DNA of 32,000 nucleotides from NCBI RefSeq assembly GCF_000283555.1, contig NC_016012.1, forward strand, positions 1,140,001-1,172,000, in the 5' to 3' direction. Source of the stretch: Candidatus Arthromitus sp. SFB-rat-Yit. GTDB taxonomy: Bacteria; Bacillota; Clostridia; Clostridiales; Clostridiaceae. The translations under genes and the position numbers were made by a program. Positions within the stretch are counted from its first letter, which is position 1, and every line of letters begins with the position of its first letter. Shown here piece by piece: positions 16,377 to 24,480 of this stretch. Under the pieces are notes generated by a model. That model made no database searches, was not told where the DNA came from, and was given only the letters and a program-made list of their open reading frames with translations.

Positions 16377-16907
16377 ATGATTACTAATATTGAAGAACTA
16401 TTTCGAATAACTCAAGATAGGCTCGAAGGGCAACACGGAACTATAACAATTAATTTTGCAAATAGAAGCCATGTATATTCAGGAAATGATGTTATAGGTA
16501 ATTGCCTGCAGGAATGGTTACCTAATTGGTTTGAACATTTAGGTGTTGATATTAAACCAGGTGATAACACTCAGTCATTTCCAGATTTCGTAGCTAACTT
16601 TGAAAATGTTAGCTATGATATCGAGGTTAAGGCGTGGAATTATAATAATTCACCAGCTTTTGATATAGCAAACTTCTCAAGTTTTTTAGCTACAACTTAC
16701 GAAAGCCCAGGTAAATTAGATGCTTCCTATTTCATCTTAGGATATAGACCTATGAATGATGGTTTCTCACAAGGATTTGTCGTTGAAAAAGTATATCTTA
16801 AACACATATGGCAAATCACATCTCCTTCAACAAAATATACACTTGATCTGCAAGTAAAACGTAGCCGACCATATACTATACGTCCATTTAACTTCTCATG
16901 TAATTAA
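16377..16907 (+). CDS. PD-(D/E)XK nuclease, probable type II restriction endonuclease (176 aa)
   Basis: Intact ORF. GGAGG (16365-16369) lies 7 nt before the ATG at 16377. The candidate catalytic core FPDFVANFENVSYDIEVKAW fits the P-D ... E-x-K pattern. It is flanked by an HTH relic and a convergent C5-methyltransferase relic. Confidence 0.55.
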   Translation: MITNIEELFRITQDRLEGQHGTITINFANRSHVYSGNDVIGNCLQEWLPNWFEHLGVDIKPGDNTQSFPDFVANFENVSYDIEVKAWNYNNSPAFDIANFSSFLATTYESPGKLDASYFILGYRPMNDGFSQGFVVEKVYLKHIWQITSPSTKYTLDLQVKRSRPYTIRPFNFSCN

Positions 16908-17250
16908 AGTAGATATTTTGATAACAAAATTTTAGCAATATCAAAAAGTGTTCTTCTTATATCTTGAAAACCTAGCCTTATACCCACTTGCAAAAAGACT
17001 TGACAAGTAAAGCCTGCTAATAAGAATTCAAAATTAGGCAAGTTAAATGATTTGACTTTTGTTATATCACATTCAGAGTTCTCACCAAATTTGAATTCAT
17101 AAGCTTTTACTGCCAAAGCTTTGATATCATTTGAAAAAACTCATTTGCCTTTTATCCCTAATTCCTTAAATAACTGTTCAAATCCTAAATAGCATTATTT
17201 TTTCAAGTATTAAAAATCCCGATTTCTAGATGATTAAACTAGCAAGCTAT
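16904..17250 (-). pseudogene. DNA (cytosine-5) methyltransferase, N-terminal third only
   Basis: The minus strand reads ..LGFEQLFKELGIKGK*VFSNDIKALAVKAYEFKFGEN..DITKV....LPNFEFLLAGFTCQVFLQVGIRLGFQDIRRTLFDIAKILLSKYLL*. This is motifs I-IV of a Dcm-type enzyme. The catalytic GFPCQxFS reads GFTCQVF. There is an internal stop, a degenerate motif I (LEIGIFN), and nothing after motif IV/V. Confidence 0.7.
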
Positions 17251-17471
17251 TCAATATTTTAAATAAAATTTACTAGCAATCCTGTCAACTGACCATTATT
17301 TTGCCAACCATCTTATCAAATCACTTAATCATCAACTATATTTTCCATTATCTTTTCAAATTCACTATTCTTGGATAACTTCCCTTAAAACCAAAATCCG
17401 TGATTATCCTTCCAGCTTAGAACCAAACCTCAAACCACGGAAAACCTTTATTTACTTATCTTATTATACTC

Positions 17472-18812
17472 TTACTTCTCAACCCTTGACATCAATACTA
17501 CCGTCTCGACATGATAAGTATTAGGAAACATGTCTACAGCTTGAATATTATTTACTTTATACCCATTATTTAAAAATTCCTTTAGGTCATCACGTAAAGT
17601 TTGAGGATTGCATGAAACGTATACTATATTTTCAACATCAAATTTACAAATATTTTTCACACCCTTTGCTCCAATTCCTGCTCTAGGTGGATCAACAACA
17701 ATAAATGAAATTTTATCTTTTATATCTTTAACAACCTGTGAAACATCTCCACATATAAACTCACAACATAAATTATTTAGTTTTGCATTCTCTTTTGCCA
17801 TTTTTACAGCATCTTCAACAATTTCTACCCCTATAACCTTATTATTTTTACTCAATACTTGTCCGATAGTACCAACTCCTGAATATAAATCAAGAATTGT
17901 TCCATTTGGATTACCTACTCTATTTTTTACCTCATTATATAAAACCTTAACACCTTCTGTGTTTGTTTGAAAAAATGAAAAAGTATTAATTTTAAACTTG
18001 AGTTCAAATATTTCTTCATACACAAAATCATTCCCGTATATAATTTCTATTTTGCTTGGATTTACAGCATCACTCAATGAATCAGATACAATATGCACAA
18101 TACCTCCGATAGATTTTTTAAGATTAAGACTTAATATTCTATCTTTAAATTCCCTAAAATCCATATCATTTTGACTCGATGTAACAATACTTAAAAGTAT
18201 CTCCTCTTTCCCTTCTCTTAAAACAAGATTTCTTAAATAACCCTTATGAGTTTTAAGCTTATAGGGTTCTGCCCCAATTTCCCTAAAATATTCAACTGTT
18301 GATCTCATTATTTTTCTGAAATCTTCACTTATTAATTTACAATTATAAGTTGGAACAACTCCAAATGGATTCCCTTTTTTATGAAGACCAAGCTCAAGTG
18401 GACCACCTCTAAACTCATCTCCAAAAGAAAATTCCATTTTATTTCTATACTCAAACTCCTTTGGAGATTTTAATATCCCCAAAAAGCTATCATAATTAAT
18501 TTCATTTAAAAGATCCCTCAAAGCTTCTTCTTTTAACTTTATTTGATCTTCATATGAAATATTTAAATATGTACATCCTCCGCATTCCCCAAATTTATCA
18601 CAAGATGGAGATATTTCTATATGGGATTTATTTAAAATCCCAACCCTCTTACAAATTTTTCTTCCACCTTTTGATTTTACAAATCTAACTTTTAATTTTT
18701 CATAAGGTATAGCTCCTTTAACAAAATATCTTTCTCCGTCAATCTCACCATAACCTTCTCCTTTGAAATCAAATCCAATTATATCTAATTCAAATATTTC
18801 TCCCTTTTTCAA
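17472..18812 (-). CDS. 23S rRNA (uracil-C5)-methyltransferase, RumA/RlmD family
   Basis: 446 aa. N-terminal TRAM-like domain. The Fe-S cysteines read CDKFGECGGCTY. The SAM motif reads LDLYSGVGTIG. DPPRAG and the catalytic VYVSCNPQT are present. Confidence 0.85.
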   Translation of the reverse strand: MKKGEIFELDIIGFDFKGEGYGEIDGERYFVKGAIPYEKLKVRFVKSKGGRKICKRVGILNKSHIEISPSCDKFGECGGCTYLNISYEDQIKLKEEALRDLLNEINYDSFLGILKSPKEFEYRNKMEFSFGDEFRGGPLELGLHKKGNPFGVVPTYNCKLISEDFRKIMRSTVEYFREIGAEPYKLKTHKGYLRNLVLREGKEEILLSIVTSSQNDMDFREFKDRILSLNLKKSIGGIVHIVSDSLSDAVNPSKIEIIYGNDFVYEEIFELKFKINTFSFFQTNTEGVKVLYNEVKNRVGNPNGTILDLYSGVGTIGQVLSKNNKVIGVEIVEDAVKMAKENAKLNNLCCEFICGDVSQVVKDIKDKISFIVVDPPRAGIGAKGVKNICKFDVENIVYVSCNPQTLRDDLKEFLNNGYKVNNIQAVDMFPNTYHVETVVLMSRVEK

Positions 18813-18830
18813 TCTCTTACCTCACAAATA

Positions 18831-18861
18831 AAAAATGATATAGAAAAACTATATCATTTTT
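18831..18861 (-). terminator. terminator between the Fe-ADH-like gene and the rRNA methyltransferase gene
   Basis: The TGATATAG / CTATATCA stem is extended by A5/T5 runs, giving about 13 bp with a 5-nt loop. Confidence 0.6.
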
Positions 18862-18863
18862 TA

Positions 18864-20012
18864 TTATAAATTTACACCATTTAAATAATGCTCGAATAGC
18901 TCTTCATTCATCTTTGCATTAAAATTTAAATAAGCATATTTATCGATTATCTTATTTTGGTAGATAAAATTAAGTGCAAGATTCTTAACTTTATCAAACA
19001 TATCTAAATCCACCTTATACTCATTTAGATTATTCATTGCTCCATAGTTATTTTTATACTTTAAAAACAAATTTAAATCTATATTAATATAAGAATATAG
19101 ATGCATTATAGAATACCTCTTTCTTATCTCGTTTATAAAAAATTCAATCCCGAGAGCATCTATTGTGTGTCTTGGAATAGAAAACACACTTTCAATTAAA
19201 TTACCATAAAAATATAAAATACCATATCCAAATTCATCTATAAGTTTAGATACAGAAATACTACATTTCAATACAGTTTCTCGAAATAATAAACTATCCC
19301 CAAACTTTTCCCCATTTTCCAAAATTGTTTCCGCATCTCTTAAAATATTGCTAGCGAACTCTTTATGTTCCTTATCTACCCTATCATTTAAAATAATATC
19401 TACTAAATTCGCAATTACCGAAAACATATAGTACATTGTATAATCTAGAGAAGAAGCCGTTGCAATCTTTGCATCCAAAACTATCTTATCTATCTTACAC
19501 ATCTGATCTCCAAATATCGTAACTTGAGAAGAATCACTATCTATTAATTTAAAATATCTATGACTTTCACTTCCTCCTCCTGTTGTAGGAATAAAAATAC
19601 TCTCTTTAAGTCTTCCATATTTTAAAAACATTTTGTTTTCTTCAAGCTTATGTAAACTATCTATATTTCTATTGTTATAAAAAACTGTGATAGCTTTTAT
19701 AAGATCAGACAAAAAATCCTCACCAATACCAATTAAAGTATCAATTTCATATTTTTCCATAAAATCAACAATGTTAAATATACCTTTTATAGATTGATTT
19801 GATTGATCTCCTCCTTTGATTTTAAAATTGTGTATTCTTGCATTAGAAGATTTAAGCTTAATTATTAGATCATTAAGTACAGAATCTTTTTCATCAAAGT
19901 CATATGTGATAATCATAACAATTCTATCTGACATATCTATACTCTCTAAAAAATTTTTATAGCTATTAAATATTTCTTGAGATTTCATAGATTTATCCAT
20001 AATTAAATTCAT
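18864..20012 (-). CDS. iron-containing alcohol dehydrogenase-fold protein with degenerate cofactor and metal motifs
   Basis: 382 aa with a GGGAG RBS. The overall Fe-ADH layout is recognisable. The GGGS-x-x-D-x-AK loop reads IGIGEDFLSDLIKAI, and PTTAGTGSE reads PTTGGGSESH. The D/H metal-ligand helices read ..MYYMFSVIANLVD.. and ..YFYGNLIESVFSIPRHTIDAL... Confidence 0.55.
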   Translation of the reverse strand: MNLIMDKSMKSQEIFNSYKNFLESIDMSDRIVMIITYDFDEKDSVLNDLIIKLKSSNARIHNFKIKGGDQSNQSIKGIFNIVDFMEKYEIDTLIGIGEDFLSDLIKAITVFYNNRNIDSLHKLEENKMFLKYGRLKESIFIPTTGGGSESHRYFKLIDSDSSQVTIFGDQMCKIDKIVLDAKIATASSLDYTMYYMFSVIANLVDIILNDRVDKEHKEFASNILRDAETILENGEKFGDSLLFRETVLKCSISVSKLIDEFGYGILYFYGNLIESVFSIPRHTIDALGIEFFINEIRKRYSIMHLYSYINIDLNLFLKYKNNYGAMNNLNEYKVDLDMFDKVKNLALNFIYQNKIIDKYAYLNFNAKMNEELFEHYLNGVNL

Positions 20013-20065
20013 AAACTCACTCCCATCTTAATTTAATATTCTCAAGTAAAGTAAGTTTTATAATA

Positions 20066-20101
20066 AAAAATGCTATCTTAAATAATTAAGACAGCATTTT
20101 T
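20066..20101 (-). terminator. rho-independent terminator of the HAD gene
   Basis: 16-bp stem AAAAATGCTATCTTAA / TTAAGACAGCATTTTT (one mismatch) with a 4-nt loop. A T6 run follows on the minus strand, and the hairpin abuts the stop codon. Confidence 0.7.
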
Positions 20102-20723
20102 ATATAATATCCAAAATTTCAATTAAATTTTCTATATAGTAATCCGCATTCATCTCGAGTATTTTATCCTTCATGAAACTATATAAAACACCACAAGTTT
20201 TACTTCCAGCATCACGCCCACTTATAATATCATAAATTGAATCTCCAACCATAAGTGCCTCTTCAGGGGATACAGATAAACTATTACAAGCACTTAAAAC
20301 TGGTTCCTTATGAGGTTTATGATTTTTAACATCATCACTTGTAACAATAACATTAAAATAATCCTTAATTTCCAAAAGTTCAAGTGCCCTAAGAGCCGTG
20401 CTCTTATTTTTAGAGGTTACAATACCAGCTTTGCATCCTCTTTTATTTAATTCTCCAAGCATCTTTTGTGTATTATCATATATAGAAATTCTTTCATCAT
20501 GATATTTAAGATTAAATTTTCTATAAACATCCACGGCTTCATCAACATTATCAAAGAATTTACTCATAGTCACAAACAAAGGCTCTCCAAACCATGAAAT
20601 AATTTCATTTCTATCAGGGTATTCATTTTTTAAAATCTCGAAAGTATGTTCAAATGATTCTATAATTAACTCATTTGTATTAATCAGCGTTCCATCCAGA
20701 TCAAATAAAACTGCTTTTATCAT
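20100..20723 (-). CDS. HAD-superfamily phosphatase (PpaX / phosphoglycolate phosphatase-like)
   Basis: Motifs are FDLDGTLINT, VTSK and GDSIYDIISGRDAG. The start is set at the ATG at 20723 with GGGGGA upstream. The track's 64-aa N-terminal extension is AT-rich intergenic read-through. Confidence 0.8.
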   Translation of the reverse strand: MIKAVLFDLDGTLINTNELIIESFEHTFEILKNEYPDRNEIISWFGEPLFVTMSKFFDNVDEAVDVYRKFNLKYHDERISIYDNTQKMLGELNKRGCKAGIVTSKNKSTALRALELLEIKDYFNVIVTSDDVKNHKPHKEPVLSACNSLSVSPEEALMVGDSIYDIISGRDAGSKTCGVLYSFMKDKILEMNADYYIENLIEILDII

Positions 20724-20812
20724 AAAAATCCCCCTTTTAATTCTAATATAACTAAATTTTAACATTTTATATTTATAAAAACAATAAAAGTTTAATTTTT
20801 TTAATACTAAAC

Positions 20813-20847
20813 ATCTTTTCTGTGCATAATAACAGAAAAGATTTTTT
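20813..20847 (+). terminator. terminator-like hairpin plus T-run in the HAD/MCP divergent intergenic region
   Basis: Perfect 10-bp stem ATCTTTTCTG (20813-22) / CAGAAAAGAT (20833-42) with a 10-nt loop, followed by a T6 run (20842-47). There is no plus-strand gene upstream to terminate. Confidence 0.4.
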
Positions 20848-20960
20848 AATATGATTTTCAGTTTTATCAATATAAGAAAATAAAAAACCAATATAAGGAG
20901 GTTATTACTATACAAAAGATATTTTTAAATAGTTTAAAAGGAAAATCCTTAATCAAGAAA

Positions 20961-22640
20961 ATGCTCCTCCAAAATTTTGTAACAATGATAATTATGATTA
21001 TATGTTCGGTATTCATATTCTTAAAAATCATGATAGGAACATCAGATAAGATATTTATAAATTATTATAAAGATATCCTCCAATCACTCAACTATGATTT
21101 GGATATAAATACATATAAAAGATTTATAGAAAATCCTACCAAAGCATCATTAGAATACAACAGTCTCTTTGAATACCTAAATAGTTATTCAACTACATTG
21201 GATATAAAAAATATTTATATCTCAACAATAAATGAAGAAACAAACACAGAATTTCTTCTCATTCATGGTTCGGACAAATCCGCATCAATTGGAGATACTA
21301 TATCATCAAATTTAGGAAATAACGCTTTTAAATTAAAAGAAGTCAAATGTGCAAGAGTTAACAATAATAACCCAAATTATAGTTTTTACTCACCTATATT
21401 AAATGATTTTGGTAACCCCATAGGATTGATTGCGTTTAAAATACCAGTATCTACATTAAGTAATCTTAATTCACTTAAATTTATTGATAATATACTTTTA
21501 ATAATTTTATCTACTATACTTTTCATAATTCTTTACATTTATATATCGACTATAATGCTTTGGAATATATTTAAGCCTATTTACATTATCAAAAATCAAG
21601 TTATAAGTTTATCGAATAAAATTCTATCAATAAATAGAAATATTTCATTTCCAACGTATGAATTTAACAAAATACAACAATTACTAACCAAAAGTATTGA
21701 TATCATCAAAAAATTTATATTAAACCTTATAATTTATCTTGAATATGTAAAATTTTCTATTGCCAAAACAAAGGTAAAATCAATTGAAATTACTCATAAA
21801 ATAAAATCAACAATTTCAAATATAACAAGTGTTTCTAAATCAACGGAAGATATTAATTCAAAAGTCTATATCTTAAAAAATGATATCAAACATTTTTCTG
21901 ATAATATTCTTGAAATTAAAGATGAAATTAAGGAAACTCTGAGCTCAAATGTACTAGCAACAAATATGTGCCAAAACAACAACAATCTACTTAATATATT
22001 CCTTATGGAAATTTCAACACTCATTAAAAAGTTTAAAGTAGAACAAATTGAATGCAAAAAATTAAAGTTCTTATCAGATAAAATTAACAAAATATTATCT
22101 AACATATTAAACATAACTAACGAAACAAAACTACTTTCTTTAAACGCTTCAATCGTTGCAATATCTGCAGGAGAACACGGTAAAAGTTTTGGTGTAATTG
22201 CAAAAGAAATTGGAGAATTATCACAAAATATCATAAAATCAACTAGCTATATACAAAAAACATTAATAAAAATCAGTGACACCATAAATGCGTTAAATCA
22301 AGAATCAATAGAAATTTTTGAGTCATTCAAAATTCATTCTGAAAATTCAAAAGCATTTATCTCAAATTTATCTGAAATGTATACTTCAATAAAAAACATT
22401 ACTAACTTCTTAAAAAACATATCATATTCTACAGATAAAATTAGCAACAAAAATAACCTGCTTATAGAAAGTATTACAAGCTTAAGTTCAAACTCATCGT
22501 ACAATTTAAATTCTGTAAAACAAATAGAAAATTTAATTACAAAGATAAATGACAACACACTGACTTTCAAAAATAGTTTTGATTCTTTAAGTGATAATAT
22601 AAACCAAATAAAATCTGAACTCAATAAATTCAAATTATAA
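20961..22640 (+). CDS. methyl-accepting chemotaxis protein, divergent (paralog 1); the true N-terminus may be at 20910
   Basis: Two TM segments flank a roughly 150-aa extracellular domain. The conserved signalling hairpin tip reads ETKLLSLNASIVAISAGEHGKSFGVIAKEIGELS. See the finding on the ATA codon at 20910. Confidence 0.75.
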   Translation: MLLQNFVTMIIMIICSVFIFLKIMIGTSDKIFINYYKDILQSLNYDLDINTYKRFIENPTKASLEYNSLFEYLNSYSTTLDIKNIYISTINEETNTEFLLIHGSDKSASIGDTISSNLGNNAFKLKEVKCARVNNNNPNYSFYSPILNDFGNPIGLIAFKIPVSTLSNLNSLKFIDNILLIILSTILFIILYIYISTIMLWNIFKPIYIIKNQVISLSNKILSINRNISFPTYEFNKIQQLLTKSIDIIKKFILNLIIYLEYVKFSIAKTKVKSIEITHKIKSTISNITSVSKSTEDINSKVYILKNDIKHFSDNILEIKDEIKETLSSNVLATNMCQNNNNLLNIFLMEISTLIKKFKVEQIECKKLKFLSDKINKILSNILNITNETKLLSLNASIVAISAGEHGKSFGVIAKEIGELSQNIIKSTSYIQKTLIKISDTINALNQESIEIFESFKIHSENSKAFISNLSEMYTSIKNITNFLKNISYSTDKISNKNNLLIESITSLSSNSSYNLNSVKQIENLITKINDNTLTFKNSFDSLSDNINQIKSELNKFKL

Positions 22641-22663
22641 TTTTAAAAATTGGAGTAAAACTC

Positions 22664-24454
22664 ATGAAACAATCAATATTTAAAAGGAATTTTTTATTAA
22701 AAGAATCCACTCTAAAGTTTAATTCTATAAAAATTAAAGTCTTAATAATAAATTTGTTATTATTTTTCATATTGTTTTTGTTTTTTCAAAAGTCATCTCT
22801 ATATGTTATAAAAGCATCATCTCTTAACTCTATTAATACATTTGGAGAAACTCTCTTGAAAAACTTTACATCATCCTTCGATATAAATTCATACATTGAA
22901 TTCATACAAAACCCTACTACATCGAATTATAATTATAACAAATGTGTGCAATCAATAAAAAATTTCAAAAAATATGTTGGTGCTCTATTTGTTCATATAA
23001 TAACGATTGATAAATCAGGTAGAGAAGTTATGCTTATTGATTCAAGTGAAGAAGAGCTATATCTTCCTCCCGGATATATCCTTAGAGATAAACCATATGA
23101 AATTGTTAGTAAGACTTTTAAACAGGGAAATTTTATAGGCGCTCAATACATAAACAACTCTTGGGGTGAGTATCTCTCATTTTATTATCCATTAAAAAAT
23201 AGCAATACAGGGAAAGTTATTGGAATTATAGGCATGGACTTGGATCTCAAATATTTTAACGAAATTCAGGAAATAACTAAAAATAAAATTGAATCATTTA
23301 TAATTAAATTTTCAACTTCATTATACTTATTAGCACTCTTGACTTTAATAGTCTTTATATTTAAGTTTTCTTCTCCTATAAAAAATATTGAGATATTTTT
23401 AGATAAAATATCCCAAGGAAATTTATCTGAAAAATTAGAATATTACAATGAAACAAATGAATTTTCATCAATACAAAATATTTTTATATACATGATTGAA
23501 AATACTAAAAAGATTTTAAAATCCGTAATATCAACATCAAAAGAAATTCATTCAACTTTCATAGATATAGAATCAAAAAAAACAGACATTGTATCCAAAA
23601 TTTCAAATATCAACGAATTAACTTCTACAATTTCTAAATCAAATGAAAAAATACTTTTAAATACAAATAATGTTAAAAATGAAATTTTCTCTTTCAATTC
23701 TTCAATTAGTAAAATGATAAAGGAAATATTTGATACAAAAGAAATCTCTGAAAATACAAAAAAAATATATAAATGCAATTCTGAAAAAATCGAATCATTC
23801 ATTTTAGAAATTGAGCCACTTATTGAGAAATTTGAAAACTTTAGAGCAAAAACTATAATATTAAACGAACTCTCAAGCGAAATAAAACAGATATTAAAAG
23901 AGATTCATGATATTGCAACACAAACTAAACTCCTCTCATTAAATGCATCAATCGTTGCAGCATCAGCCGGAGAACATGGCGATGGATTCGCTGTTGTATC
24001 ACAAGAAATAGGTGATTTATCTTATAAAAGTAGCCAATCAGTATCAACAATACAAGACACTTTAGCTACTATAATTAAAATAATATCATTCATGAATACA
24101 GATACAATAACAACTTCAGCAATTCTCAAAGAACAGGCTATAAAATCATCAATATTCTCTAAAAATATTTCATCAATAAATAAGTTAATAGAGAAGATGT
24201 CATTATCATTTGAAAGTATCTCCGAGAAATCAACTATACTTTCAGATAAAAATGATTTAATGCTATCGTCAATAAAATATATAAATGACAATTCAAAATC
24301 TAATAACTTTTTATTAAAATCAATATCTAAATCAACTAAACAACTTTCAGATATATCAGAGTACTTCAAAATAGAATTTAAAAAGATTAATAAATATATA
24401 AAAAATATCCGAGATTCATATAAAGTATTTAAAATCAAAAAAGAAGAAGAGTAG
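22664..24454 (+). CDS. methyl-accepting chemotaxis protein, divergent (paralog 2)
   Basis: Same architecture as paralog 1. The Cache-like ectodomain ends ..WGEYLSFYYPLKNSNTGKVIGIIGMDLDL. The tip reads QTKLLSLNASIVAASAGEHGDGFAVVSQEIGDLS. A TGGAG RBS lies 8 nt upstream. Confidence 0.8.
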   Translation: MKQSIFKRNFLLKESTLKFNSIKIKVLIINLLLFFILFLFFQKSSLYVIKASSLNSINTFGETLLKNFTSSFDINSYIEFIQNPTTSNYNYNKCVQSIKNFKKYVGALFVHIITIDKSGREVMLIDSSEEELYLPPGYILRDKPYEIVSKTFKQGNFIGAQYINNSWGEYLSFYYPLKNSNTGKVIGIIGMDLDLKYFNEIQEITKNKIESFIIKFSTSLYLLALLTLIVFIFKFSSPIKNIEIFLDKISQGNLSEKLEYYNETNEFSSIQNIFIYMIENTKKILKSVISTSKEIHSTFIDIESKKTDIVSKISNINELTSTISKSNEKILLNTNNVKNEIFSFNSSISKMIKEIFDTKEISENTKKIYKCNSEKIESFILEIEPLIEKFENFRAKTIILNELSSEIKQILKEIHDIATQTKLLSLNASIVAASAGEHGDGFAVVSQEIGDLSYKSSQSVSTIQDTLATIIKIISFMNTDTITTSAILKEQAIKSSIFSKNISSINKLIEKMSLSFESISEKSTILSDKNDLMLSSIKYINDNSKSNNFLLKSISKSTKQLSDISEYFKIEFKKINKYIKNIRDSYKVFKIKKEEE

Positions 24455-24476
24455 TTATTAACAACTACTCTTCTTC
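24443..24476 (-). terminator. terminator of the oad operon, shared with the convergent MCP gene end
   Basis: Perfect 14-bp stem GAAGAAGAGTAGTT / AACTACTCTTCTTC. On the minus strand it is followed by TTTTTTGATTTT. The 5' arm encodes the MCP C-terminal KEEE*. Confidence 0.65.
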
Positions 24477-24480
24477 TCGA

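Noticed and set aside
20724-20915. N-terminal extensions in the ORF track. They affect the HAD phosphatase (64 aa), GNAT (24 aa), biotin carrier (23 aa), Mn catalase (17 aa), catalase (6 aa), bioY (9 aa), sufD (9 aa), DUF3644 (3 aa) and the nuclease (5 aa).
   Set aside because: In every case an internal ATG with a properly spaced GGAGG-type RBS coincides with where family homology begins. The extensions run through intergenic DNA or through the RBS itself.
21866-24438. Four long minus-strand ORFs (21866-22234, 22334-22633, 23548-23802, 24022-24438) lying inside the two MCP genes.
   Set aside because: They are shadow frames opened by the extreme A/T-rich, stop-poor codon composition of the MCP coiled coils. 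Their products are I/L/F/S low complexity, they have no RBS, and the plus-strand frames carry the recognisable MCP motifs.
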